Under the pieces are notes generated by a model. It did not search any database. It was not told where the DNA came from and worked only from the letters and a program-made list of their open reading frames with translations. From Squalus acanthias (taxonomy: Eukaryota), in assembly GCA_030390025.1 (NCBI GenBank), contig CM059432.1:65908001-65972000 (forward strand): a stretch of 64,000 nucleotides of DNA, given 5' to 3'. Both the position numbers and the translations under genes were made by a program. This document shows, one piece after another, positions 1 to 11,283 of the stretch (positions are counted from its first letter, which is position 1; every line of letters begins with the position of its first letter).

Positions 1-47
1 CAATCAAACCTCCAGGAAACGTCCAACCAGAGTTGCCAACCCTAACC

Positions 48-360
48 TTAAACCTTATGGTCACTGCTCTCGAGGAGCTCACCCACATTTAACTCACCTA
101 CTTGATCTATTTTGTTACTCATAACTAGATCTAGCAGCACCTTGTAGGTATACGAACATATCGCTTGAGGAAGGAGTTTTGCACACATTTTAGGAATTCC
201 ATTCCTTTTTTTCCCCATTTCCTCCCTCCCTCTCCCAATCAATGAATGGACAATTAAAATCTCCTACAACAATGTTTTATTATACCTACTCAATTCCCTG
301 ATCTGTTTGCAGATCGCCTCTTCCATTTTCCTCCCACAATTCGAAGGTTTACAGTACAAT
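48..360 (-). mobile_element. Old CR1 LINE fragment (APE endonuclease region); continues at ~8035-8290
   Basis: Minus strand reads approximately EEAICKQIREL...GDFNCPFIDW, a CR1 APE motif, with a frameshift; the upstream part of the domain lies at 8035-8290. Confidence 0.6.
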
Positions 361-2775
361 TAATTCATAATTCTCAACAAATATACATTCCGTTGAGGAA
401 TAAAAACTCCACTGGAAAAGTGGTACAACCATGGCTAAGTAAAGAAGTTAAGGATAGTATTAGATTAAAAGAAGAGGCTTACAATGTTGCCAAAAATGTA
501 AGCCTGAGGATTGTGAGGATTTAAAAATAGCAAAGGATGACCAAGAAATTGATAAAGAGGGAGAAAATAGAATATGAGCGTAAACTAGCAAGAAATATAA
601 AAACAGATTGTAAGAGCTTTTACAAGTATGTAAAAAGGAAGAGATTAACTAAAGTAAACGTGGGTCTCTTACAGAGACAGGAAAATTATAATGGGGAATA
701 AGGAAATGGCAGAGACATTAAACAAATATTTTGTGTCGGTCTTCGCAGTATAAGACACAAAGAACATATCGGAAATTGTGGGGAACCAAGCGACTAATGA
801 GAGTGAGGAATTAAAGTAAGTAGTTTTAGTAAAGAAAAAGTACTGGAGAAATTAATGGGACTAAAAGCCGACAAAGCCCCTGGACCTGATGGCCTACACA
901 CTAGGGTTTTAAAAGAGGTGGCTGCAGAGATAGTGGATGCATTGGTTTTGATCTTCCAGAATTCACTAGATTCTAGAATGGTCCCCGTGGGTTGGAAGTT
1001 AGCAAATGTAACACCGCTGTTCAAGAAAGCAGGGAAATTGCAAACAGAGACCTACAGGCCAGTTAGCTTGACATCTGTAGCAGGAAAATGCTGGAATCTA
1101 TTATTAAAGACGTGGTAACAGGGCACTTGGAAAATCACAATATGATTGGGCAGAGTCAACACGGTTCTGTGAAAGGGAAATCGTGTTTGACAAATCTGTT
1201 AGAGTTTTTTGAGGGTGTAACTAGCAGAATAGATAAGGGGGAATAAGTGGATGTAGCGTATTTGGATTTTCAAACAGCATTCGATAAGGTGCCACACAAG
1301 ATGTTGTGACACAAGATTAGGGCTCATGGTATTGGGGGTAATATATTAGCATGGATGAAGATTAGTTAACAGACAGAATACAGAGAGTAGTGATAAACGG
1401 GCCATTTTCAGGATGGCAGGCTGTAACTAGTGGAGTGCCACAAGGATCAGTGCTTGGGCCTCAGCTGCTTACAATCTATGTCAATGACTTAGATGAGGGA
1501 ACTGCATATAATGTATCCAAGTTTGCTGATGATACAAAGCTAGGAGGGAAAATAAGCTGTAAGGAGGATGTCAAGAGGCTGCAAAGGGATATTGACTGGT
1601 TAAGTGATCGGGCAAGAAGGTGGCAGATGGAGTATAATGTGGGGAAATGTGAAATTATCCACTTTGGTAGGAAGAATAGAAAAGCAGAATATTTTTTAAA
1701 AGGTGAGAGACGAGTAAATGTTGATGTGAAGAGTGTTTTGGGGGTCCTTATACATGAAGTACAGAAAGTTAACATGCAGGTACAGCAAGCAATTAGGAAG
1801 GCAAATGTTTTGTTAGACTTCAATGCAAGGGGGTTGGAGTGTGAAGGAATAGCCATATTCAGAAAAATACACCATCCTATGAACAGAATTCTAGCCTTAT
1901 TAAACATGACAAACTGGGTTTAAAAATCTAAAAGCCTCAACGACACAAAGCTATAAACACCATACAGGCTTTTGAGATAAGATGGGTTGTTGACACTGAA
2001 ACAATAGCCCTATTGAAGCAGCAGGTTGGAGGTTCCAAAAAGTCTGCAGATTGGAAAACAGACAATGATATACCCAGTTAAATTGTTTTAAACCAACACT
2101 TTGTAAACAGGCACATGAAAGAGTACAATGGTATAATGTTAAGGTGTCATAAACCAACACTTCGGGAAACAGAAACACAGAACATTAAAGAAACATATGC
2201 CTTCATAAATATGATATCAAATGAAAGACAGGAGACATAATTCTTAATACAACCAACTGAGGTGGCTAGGGGGACAATGGTGCATCTGGTTGAAGTGTTT
2301 TTAATTTACATGTTGTAAAAAGATACAAACAGAAGACTTTCATAAATATGACATCAATAGATGCACCAAGCAATCACATTGTTTTTGTGTTGAACTTGTA
2401 ACACATAGGAGACATGGGGGGAAAAATTAGGTCGCGCCCCGTTTGGGGCGCAAATATCGTCTGGACGCAAATATTAGCGCCTGGCGCTAATTATCGGCAC
2501 TGACTGGAAACTTCACTTTTACCGCCCCGGGAGGTGAGTGGAGCGCTAAATCAGGCGCTGCACACCTGTCTTAAGGTGCAAAGGCCGAGCAGTGAGGCGC
2601 TAACTCAGCGCGCGAGCGCAGCGCAGCTGCTGCCAGTTAGCGAGGGAACACAGACACACTGGCGCCGGCCACTTCTTAAAGCGGGGGAGGCCAACTTGCT
2701 CCCCAGCCACACCCTGCTCATTGCAGCCTTGAATCTCGGCCTGGAGAGACCTGTGAATCCATTTTGCTGCCAAGG

Positions 2776-4607
2776 ATGGAGAGGGTGAGAGAACGCGCTC
2801 ATCGCTTCACCGAGCGGGCCTTGGATGCTCTGGTTGGCGCGGTGGAGCGCAGAAGATGTATGCTCTTCCCTGAGAGTGGCAGGAGGCCTTTGCCACGCGA
2901 GTTCAGAAGAGTGTGGAGGGAGGTGGCTCAGAGCGTCTCCTCCAGGAGCATTCTGCCCAGGACCCATACTCAATGTCGCAAAAAGTTCAACGACCTCACT
3001 CGGGTCGTCAGGGTGAGTGGCTTTTTCTCAATACCTCTCCATCCCTCCATCTCAACCTCACTCTATGGCCAGAGGGTCTTAAAACCCCAATGCACAACAC
3101 TCATCCAACACCTATGGCCCTTTCATGAAACACACACACTCATTCCACACTTTGCATACAGTAAGGGCTATTCACCTATGGGAGGCACATCAGGCAAGAC
3201 CATGGCTGCATACAGTAAGGGCTATTCACCTATGGGAGGCACATCAGGCAAGACCATGGCTGTATATTTACTCAGATGCTGTCCTTTTTCTTACAGGCCA
3301 AGCTGGCGCATAATCGGAGACAGCAGCAACGGACAGGTGGAGGGCGGCCTCAGCTGCAACCCCTCAGCGATCTTGAGGAGCGCGTCCACAGGATTGTGGC
3401 AAGCCGGGTGATCGGTCCCGTCACCACTGGAGACGCCGACCCCGTTCTGGACAGCAATGGTAAGGTCATCACCTTTTTGTCCTCTGTCCTTCCACTTGTC
3501 CCTCACAACACCAGCCTTTGACACTTTCAATCCAACTTGCTAACTCGCTGCACTTATTCCTCCCTTACTGCCACCCTGTCCTCACGCTAAAGCCACTCTT
3601 GTACCTCCCTGCTTTCAGATGGTGATTCACCAGCTGAGGAGACGGGCCCTGAAGCTGCCACTGGGAGTGAAGCTGCAGCCGAGGAGGAAGAGGAAGCCGG
3701 AGCATCAGTGCCACCCTCTCCCGAGGAAGCCCATGCCCACACTGGGAACACGCCTTCCCTGGAGGGGAGCAGGGGGGAAGGGTCTGATGAGGGTGAAGCT
3801 CCAGGACCCAGCGGGCTGCAGCAACGCCATGGGGGGGGGGGGGGGGGTAGGGAAGAACGGGGGCCTTCTCCCCAGTGGGAGAGTATGCCAGACACTCCTA
3901 CTGCAATGGACGCAGAGGAGGAGCGGCTGATCGCAGAAATGAACACCCAGGCGGTGGGCATGCAAACTGAGCTCATGGGTGCAGTGAGAAGGGTGCCCGA
4001 ATGCATTGAGTCACTGGCAAGGAGTGTGGAGCACTTCGCTGTAGCACAGGCGGATGCCACACTAACGCTTAGTGCTGCAATTCAGTCACTGGCTGCCGTG
4101 ATCCCATCTCTGACTGCTCTCATACAGACTCAGATTGAGGCCACGCGAGCACAGACTGCTGCCATCCTCGATGGTTCGTGCACATGTCCCCGGGGCTGTC
4201 ACCGTGCCGCAGCAGGCCAGCAATCTGTTCTCCAGCAGATTGCTCCGGATGCTGAAGTGCTGCCCCGTGGGAGTGCCAGTGTGTCGGGCGAGCAGGGAGT
4301 TGCTGTCCTCTCTCACGATGACAGCATTCCTGCTGCCAACACTGTCACTTCTCCACTGCACTTGCCACCGCCTGTAGGACAGACTGCTGCCGCCCATGCA
4401 GAGTTGGTGCAGTCTGCAGCCGGGCCCTCCAGGCCCAGAACTGGTCGAGGCCGTCCTTCAGGGGCATCTGCAGTGTCAGGGTCTGACGAGCAGCAGCCTT
4501 CCACCAGCCTTGCTGCAGCCACTGAGGTCCCATTACGGAGGAGCAGTAGGGTTAGAAGGGGGGAAGTGCGCAAGGGAAGGAGATCACCCTCGAAGGGCAA
4601 AAAGTAG
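2776..4607 (+). CDS. Harbinger Myb/SANT (trihelix, NAIF1/MSANTD-like) DNA-binding protein; exons 2776-3012, 3297-3459, 3619-4607; 462 aa
   Basis: Exon 1 RFTERALDALV...VWREVA...RTHTQCRKKFNDL. Donors gtgagt (3013) and gtaagg (3460), acceptors ttacag and tttcag. Phases 0 and 1 join into ORF 3708-4607 with no stop; basic NLS-like C-terminus. Confidence 0.88.
3155..3262 (+). repeat. 54-bp tandem repeat (2 units) in intron 1 of the Myb gene
   Basis: catacagtaagggctattcacctatgggaggcacatcaggcaagaccatggctg x2. Confidence 0.95.
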
Positions 4608-4901
4608 GAGGTGTGACAAAATGCTGGTCATTTTTTTATTAAAGGTCGAGGTTCATGGTCCAACTTTTGTTTAGTGTTTTGGACATTATCTCCAGGTTGT
4701 GAGAACCAGTTATGTTATTGACTGTTTTTTTGTGTTTATTTTTATGAGTTTGTCATGAGGAATTGACACACACAGAGTTTGTAAAATAAATAAGTTTCTG
4801 TATTCAAAATATACATGGTTGGTGGTTGGAATTATTGGTGCCTTGGCCGGCTTAGGGGTTGCGTGCTGGGTTCATTAATGTTGTTAGCAATGGCAGGGGC
4901 C

Positions 4902-6062
4902 CTAGAAGCGGCTTGCTATTAGCCGTTGACGGACGGCCCTTGCAGTTTGACCATTGTGGGCCGCCCTCCCGCCTTGGTGCTGCTGATGATCATCCTCCTC
5001 GTCCTCTTCCTCCTCTTCCTCCTCCTCCTCTGGTGGTGCTCCAAGGCCTGGTGGCATTGGCTGGGTCCTGAGGATTGCCATGTTATGCAACATGCAGCAC
5101 ACGACTACGAAGTTCGATACTCGCTCAGGCGAGTACTGCAGGGCTCCTCCAGAATGGTCGAGACAGCGGAACCGTTGCTTCAGCATGCCGATTGTGCGCT
5201 CAATTATGTTCCTGGTAGCTTGATGGCTCTCATTGTACCGCAGCTCAGCAGGGGTGTTGGGCGTACGGAGCGGTGTCATCAGCCAGGTGCTCAATGCATA
5301 CCCCTTGTCCCCGAGAAGCCAACCAACTGGCTGATGTGGTGCCTCGAAAAGTTCTGCCACAGTAGTCTGGCGCAGGATAAAAGTATCGTGGCAGCTGCCA
5401 GGATAGTGGGCATTGACAGCGAGTATCAGCTGTCTGTGGTCACAGACCAACTGAACATTCAAGGAATGGAACCCCTTTCTGTTCCGGAATTCCTCGGCAT
5501 TCTCATGCAGAGCACGCAAAGCCACATGCGTGCAGTCAATGGCGCACTGCACCATGGGGAAGCCTGCTACCCTCGCAAAGCCCAGAGCACGGTCACGCTG
5601 CTTGTCTGGGGTCATGGGGAAAGAGATGAACTCTCGTCTCCTTTTAAAGAGGGCATTTGTGACCTGCCGGATGCAGCAATGCACCGCGAACTGGGAGATA
5701 TTGGCGAGGTCCCCAGCAGCAGCTTGAAATGAGCCAGTAGCGTAAAAGTTGAGAGCCACTGTGACCTTCACTGCCACCGACAGAGACGTCCTGGACCTCA
5801 GTTGAGGCTGCAGATCTGGCTGCAGCAGGTGGCAGAGCTCAGTGACCACCTCCTTGCTGAATCGCAGCCTTCGCAAACACAGCTCCTCAGACATATGGAT
5901 GTAGGAGAGCTGTTCACGATATACCCTGGGAGGGTAAGCTCTCCTGTACATACGCCTGTTGGCCCTCCTCCGTCTGGCCATCATTGCCACTCTCTCTCTG
6001 CATCTCTGTGTCCTCCGATTCAGCTGGAGCAGGATGACGCCCCCAATCAGTGCAGCCCCCAT
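4902..6062 (-). CDS. Harbinger DDE transposase (HARBI1-like nuclease), 386 aa from the first ATG
   Basis: Uninterrupted ORF with IDCTH, RKGFHSLNVQLVCD, PGSCHD, LLGDKGY, RNIIERTIGMLKQRFRCL, CCMLHN and an acidic tail. Confidence 0.95.
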   Translation of the reverse strand: MGAALIGGVILLQLNRRTQRCRERVAMMARRRRANRRMYRRAYPPRVYREQLSYIHMSEELCLRRLRFSKEVVTELCHLLQPDLQPQLRSRTSLSVAVKVTVALNFYATGSFQAAAGDLANISQFAVHCCIRQVTNALFKRRREFISFPMTPDKQRDRALGFARVAGFPMVQCAIDCTHVALRALHENAEEFRNRKGFHSLNVQLVCDHRQLILAVNAHYPGSCHDTFILRQTTVAELFEAPHQPVGWLLGDKGYALSTWLMTPLRTPNTPAELRYNESHQATRNIIERTIGMLKQRFRCLDHSGGALQYSPERVSNFVVVCCMLHNMAILRTQPMPPGLGAPPEEEEEEEEEDEEDDHQQHQGGRAAHNGQTARAVRQRLIASRF

Positions 6063-8034
6063 ATTCTCTTTGCAAGCAAAGTAATGAAGGACAGCAACTA
6101 AAGTACCAGCGAAGTTAGGATCAGTAGGCAAAACTACCTCACACAGCGTTGAGTCAATGCAGAAGTCTCTCTTTCTCTCTCTCCGAATCTCTCTCTCTCT
6201 CTCAGAACGAGTGGTGCAAAAATGTCGACCACAGAAAAAGACAGGAAGAGGCCCCCTTTAAATAGCGCCCCCCCCAGCCCCACAGCGATTGATAGCGTTC
6301 CAGTCTTCCGGTCGTTGGATGCGCCAGGCGGTAAGGCAGGGGGCGCCACTCAATTTCCGCTCCGGGGCGCCACAAGGGCGTTGCACCATGGAATGACGTC
6401 ACAATCTGCGCGCGCAGGTGGTCGCAGTGGTAAGTTTTAGCGCCGCCGCACAATCTCTAGTTAAGTTCCCGAGCGGCGCAAACATCGCTCCGCCCGGGCG
6501 TTAGCGGCTTTGCGCCCCATTAGCGCCCTCTTAAGGCGCTAACGGGAGGCGCAACCAACTGAATTTTTACCCCATGAAGTCTGCTTACAACCAGCTGAGG
6601 TGACTTAAGAATTGAACAGGAGACCTTCGTAAAAATGACATCAAATGCTGTCACATTGTTTTTATGATATGTTTTGATAAGTTTTGAACACCTAAAGGTA
6701 GAGACATGAGTCTGCAAGCTAACAGCTGAACTGACTGTAAGAATAGCAGGGGTCAACAGAAAGATGACTAGAGATAATTAGCTTACATCAGCAGAAAACG
6801 TCAAAGGATATACCACTGAAAAAAGGGTATAAAATATAGAACTTTCAAATAGGAAGACAGACTCTGCTGGAAGGTGCAAAGCGATTCTTAGATTCAGAGG
6901 CTCTGTAAGCCTATAACTCTTTAAGTCTCGGGTAATCAAATGTATTTTGATTTTGGTGGATATCCTGGAATAAGAATAAGTAAGAAATATAAAAATGTAA
7001 CGACATTAAGATTTGAGAATAAGGATCTCTGAGAATAAGAATTGTAAGCTATTTGTTTTTGGAATTGTTAAAGTTGCGATTGAATCACCAGCTGTAATTA
7101 CATGTCGGTTCTTTAATAAATCTATATATTTTTAGAATTATCTCACATAGTACTTCTGTATCAAACTGGCGAACTCAATCTCTGTACACTCTTTGGTGAG
7201 GAGTTGCAGAATTCTGGGGGAGTTTTCCAGACCCTCATAATATCCGGAAGGTTACAGTCTAGTTAAACTTATTAAAAGTGCTATCTGGAGGACGGTAACA
7301 TCTTCAGGTCGTTCCTTTCCTTTAGGGAGAGATAGTCTGGACCTTTAGACCCAATTAAGCATCTTTAGGATCCGGCTACCTCTAACTTTAGTTGAAGGTG
7401 AACGTCTGGGGAATACGCCTGATCCGGGGTGGCCCGAAAAGGGCTAGGACTAGTAATTATCCCTTCAGGAGTATAAGAGTAAGGAAGTCTTGCTGGAATT
7501 ATATAGAGCTTTGGTGAGACCACACCTGGAGTACTGTGTGCAGTTTTGGTCTCCTTACCAAAGGAAGGATGTATTTGTCTTGGAGGGGGGTGCAACAAAG
7601 GTTCTCTAGATTGATTCCTAGGATGAGAGGATTGTCCTATGAGGAGAGATTGAGTAGCATGGTTCTACATTCTCTGTAGTTTAGAAGAATGAGAGGCGAT
7701 CGCATTGAAACTTTAAAAATCTTAGAGGGCTTGACAGGGTAGAAACTGAGAGGTTGTTTCTCCTGGTTGGACAGACAAGAAGTATGGGTCATAATCTCAG
7801 GATAAGGGGTCGGCCATTTAGGACTGAGATGAGGAAAAATTTCTTTACTCAGACTGTTATGAATCTTTGGAATTCTCTACCCCAGAGGTCTGTGGATGCT
7901 CAGTCGATGACTATATTGAAGACTGAGATCGATAGATTTTTGGGCACTAAGGGAATCAAGGGATATGAGGATAGGGCGGGAAAGAGGAGTTGATGTAAAA
8001 GTTCAACCATGATCTTATTTCTTATGTTCTTATA

Positions 8035-8290
8035 TTTAACCTCACTAATATAATAATCCCCTTTTTATCTTTGATCTCTAACCATATTATTATTAAGAAA
8101 CCTCTTTTCTTGCTTCTATCAGCCCTCTCTACAGCATGGACTCTCTCCTTCACAATATTGTCACTCCTCCTTTCTTGTCTATTTTGTCCTTTCTAAAAAT
8201 ATTATAACCTGATATGTTTATTTTCCATGCCTGCCCAGTTCGCAGCCAAGCTTCTGTTCATGCTAATAAATCTATATCGGATGTGACATA
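8035..8290 (-). mobile_element. Old CR1 LINE fragment (APE N-terminal part)
   Basis: Minus strand TEAWL...ISGYNIFRKD...KGGV...IWLEIK, with stops. Confidence 0.6.
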
Positions 8291-8320
8291 TTGGGGCCGA
8301 TTTTCAACTGCCGACATCTC

Positions 8321-10007
8321 GGGCTGAATTTTACCAGCGCTCAGAGTGCGGATTTGGAGGCGGGTTCACTGTCAAAATCGAAATGATTGACAGCGGGTTG
8401 GGAACCTGCTGCGAACCCACCTCCATGTAAGTTTCCAAAGTGTCGGGTCTGCGATTTCAGAACAGACCCGACACCAAGTGGTGGAGGAGGCATTTAAAAT
8501 AGTTAAATGCTTGTTAACTACAATTTTGCCAGCCTTTTTCTATTTTACCAATTTTCTTACGAGGTTCCCGTCACTCGGGGATCACGTCAGGTAAGTAGGT
8601 CGGGTTCTCTATGTCTCCCCATTGCTGTGAATAGTTGACAGCTGCAAAAGTGGTCTGAAAGCTACCATTTCACAGCTGGTCACTTTCCAATGTAAGAAGC
8701 TTGAGCCTTCAGGACTTGGAAGACACTTTTGAGCTGTATGCAGTTTGGAAGTGTTTGGAGTAAACTTCAGCTGCCATCCATTCCAGCAACATCGGTGCCC
8801 TTGAAAAAATCTCACCTTGGTCCTCTGAATCCCTCCACGATCAACCCCAACAGCAACATCACCAGGCACACCAACTTCACCAACAACAATACCAACCTTC
8901 TCTGCAATCACCTGATGCTGCACAGGACACAGGGTATCAGCACCCAACCACATTGCTGCCCAGGAGGCCAGCAATGGCATCACCATGGCCAGATTTACTT
9001 CACTTGATGCTGTACACTCTGGCTGCCATATGATGCGCCAGGTTGACACCACCCCACACCAGCACCATAAAGCATCCCTATAATGTCCAAGCCATTCGTT
9101 TCACACTCATCACAATTGCGGGGTGGGGGAGTCATGTCTCAACATTCATTGGAACTCACTAGGACACTTCTAAAGGTTAGCACAGATCTGTCCAATAAGG
9201 TAAAGTGTTGAAAATATAGATTTCAATGTTTGACAACACATTAACAGAAACTTCACATGAACATTGGCTAAACCACCCAAGTGCCTACCCTTGTGTGTTG
9301 TTAGTTGGTATGATTGGGCAAGGATGAGGGTGAGTGTGAGTGGTGGCTAGTGAGGTGGGGAAGTGAGGTGGAGGTGTAAGGTAAGTTGGTGTGAGTAAGG
9401 ATGTGCAGGAGTAGGGTAGGGAAGGCAGATTGATGGGGATGTGATGAGTGGCACAGCAGGATGAGGTTGAGTGTGGCTTTGCAGTAACGTTTTGTGATCT
9501 ACTGAGATCATTGAAACGTTTGCGCCACTGCAGCCTGGTCCTCCTTATCACATCCCTGCTTGTGTCCTCCTCAGCTATTTGCAGCCAGGCTGCCTTGGTC
9601 TCCTGGGGAGGTCTCTTCTGACCACTGGTAGTGAAGAGAACCTCCCTGCATGCTCTGACTCCCTCCACAAGAACATGGAGGGAGTCATCACTGAATCGAG
9701 GTGCAGCCCTCTGCTTTGTGAGCTCATTTTTGGATTTGAACAAGCTATCTCAGCAATGGTCGTTTCAAATTCAGGAAGTGGAATGAAGTGGGGCCGGGGC
9801 CCTTTAAATAAACTGGCAAGAGAAGCGTCAGCGCTGACATCACCTGACCCGCACTTTCTAATAGGGTCGGGGAACGCGATGGACGGGCTTAACAAGGCCC
9901 ATTAATGTAAAATCCTTTTTATCGGCGGGCTTCAGTAGGCAGCAGGACCGTATCCCGACAACGACCTCTCCCGCCCAGAACCCACCTCGGCTGGCGAAAT
10001 CGCGGTC
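8321..10007 (-). mobile_element. Non-autonomous Harbinger derivative carrying a Myb/SANT exon (~9490-9743)
   Basis: Imperfect TIRs gggctgaattttaccag / ctggcgaaatcgcggtc; ORF 9285-9743 AAPRFSDDSLHVLVEGV...AWLQIA...RKRFNDL. Confidence 0.7.
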
Positions 10008-10089
10008 TTTATCTCTATTTTACCTGCTTATAACTGGCTGATTTGATTCTCCTCCTCTATTCCTTTTATTCCTTCTGCCTGCTATCCTT

Positions 10090-10585
10090 TTGAGGAGGGT
10101 GGGGAGAGGAGGGGGAGGATGGGGAGGAGGAACGGGAGAAGAGTGGTGAGATGGGATAGACGTAGGAGAGAGGAGGGCTAGATGATAGTGTGAGAAATGG
10201 GAGTGATAGAGAAGGGGGAGGGGAGGAAAGTGGATGAGGAGGATGCTGGGGGAAGGGGGAAAGTAAGAGAAAGAAAGAGGTGGAAGAAAAGAGGAGAGGC
10301 AGAGGAGGGGGAAATTACAGAAGTGGATGTGGAGGAGGGGGAAGGAGGACAGAGGATGTAAGGAAGGAGGCAGTAGATGGGTAAGAAATGAAGATGGCAG
10401 AGAGAGTAGTGGGTGAGGTCGGGTAGAAGAGGTGGAAGGTCAGAGGAATGAAGAGAAGGTAATGTACGGCAGAGGGCAGAAATGGGCAGAGGCAAAGGGG
10501 CAGTGGGGAGGAGGAGGCGGGGGCAGAGGTGCCAGTGGGGAGGAGGGGTCATGGAGGGGGTGGGGGGCCAGAGAAAGGAGGGGCA
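10090..10585 (+). repeat. Purine-rich (GA) low-complexity tract
   Basis: ~500 bp strongly enriched in G/A on the + strand, with several G-runs. Confidence 0.85.
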
Positions 10586-11283
10586 AATTTATTTCCTCTT
10601 ATTTTAAATAGAGCAGTGTTTTAATGGGCTGCTGATAAGGGGACACCAGAGCTGAGAGTGAGGGAAAGACCAGAGCAAGACTGGGGCTGACTGACTGAGC
10701 AGTCGACGGGTGGGGTTGGACAGTGCGTCATGTTCTAATGTCACATGATGATTTAACATTGTGCAGCTCTATCACAGCGCTGCCTGTAGGAGTAACAACT
10801 ATTGTAAGTGAATGTTGACACTTTTAAACACCATAAGGAATAGCTGATGGAGGGGGTTTAAATGTATAGTATATGGTGGCTCATCTACCATTTTTAATAT
10901 ATTATAGATAGATCCTTTGCCTGGATAGGACTAAAGTTTAAAATAGTCTTTGTGCTGTTTCCATTTTTTAAATAGAAACATAGAAATGTTGGTGCAAAGG
11001 AAACCATTTGCCCATTATACCTGTCAGTCTTGTTCTTACACTGTAGTTATCTACTCTAATTCAATCTACTTTTTCCCCATGCCCTTTACAGATTTATTTT
11101 TCAAGTGTTTATGTAGTGCGCCCTTAAATGTGATGAATTCAGCTTTGATAGTCACTTGTGATAATGTATTCCTTTTTCCAGCAATCTTATGTGAAAAAAT
11201 ATTCCTAACCTGCCCCATTTATGCTTCAAGCACTGATACTGAGTTTATGCTTCTTGTTATCGATTCACCAAACAGTGGACATA

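Larger units (their letters stand above)
2417..6573. mobile_element. Full-length PIF/Harbinger DNA transposon, copy 1
   Basis: TIRs gggggaaaaatt / aatttttacccc; 3-bp TSD atg (2414-2416 / 6574-6576); convergent Myb-like and DDE transposase genes; near-identical to 24105-28375. Confidence 0.97.
1840..7467 (+). mobile_element. Solo-LTR-like element (~1.47 kb after removing the nested Harbinger)
   Basis: TG...CA termini (tgtgaagg...ccttca), 4-bp TSD ggag (1836-1839 / 7468-7471), TATA-like tataaaa ~6828, AATAAA ~7115; internal repeats continue across the Harbinger junction. Confidence 0.65.
375..8033 (+). mobile_element. 5'-truncated CR1 LINE (ORF2 RT to 3' tail), split by a solo-LTR-like insert at 1840-7467
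   Basis: ORFs 855-1118 (KAPGPDGLH, YRPVSLTS), 1390-1923 (GVPQGSVLGP, KFADDTK) and 7754-7993; the CR1 sequence resumes at 7472; cttatgttcttat tail; frameshifted. Confidence 0.9.

Noticed and set aside
1..44. hAT/Tip100-like terminus (gttgccaacccta)
   Set aside because: Only one imperfect end at the window edge; cannot be confirmed
3708..4607. Apparent stand-alone third gene (299 aa)
   Set aside because: Starts at a non-ATG codon and is in frame with the acceptor at 3619; it is Myb exon 3
4926..5732. Long antisense ORF over the transposase (268 aa; 311 aa at 24947-25882)
   Set aside because: No recognisable motifs; expected shadow frame of a GC-rich CDS; conservation is explained by overall copy identity
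4902..6062. Domesticated host HARBI1/NAIF1 gene calls
   Set aside because: TIRs, TSDs and multiple copies show these are transposon genes, so no host symbol was assigned
2417..6573. RNA-guided nuclease (Fanzor/TnpB) cargo
   Set aside because: No RuvC or zinc-finger motifs, and all coding space is accounted for by the two genes
10178..10552. Pro/Ser/Leu-rich ORF
   Set aside because: Artefact of the GA-rich low-complexity tract
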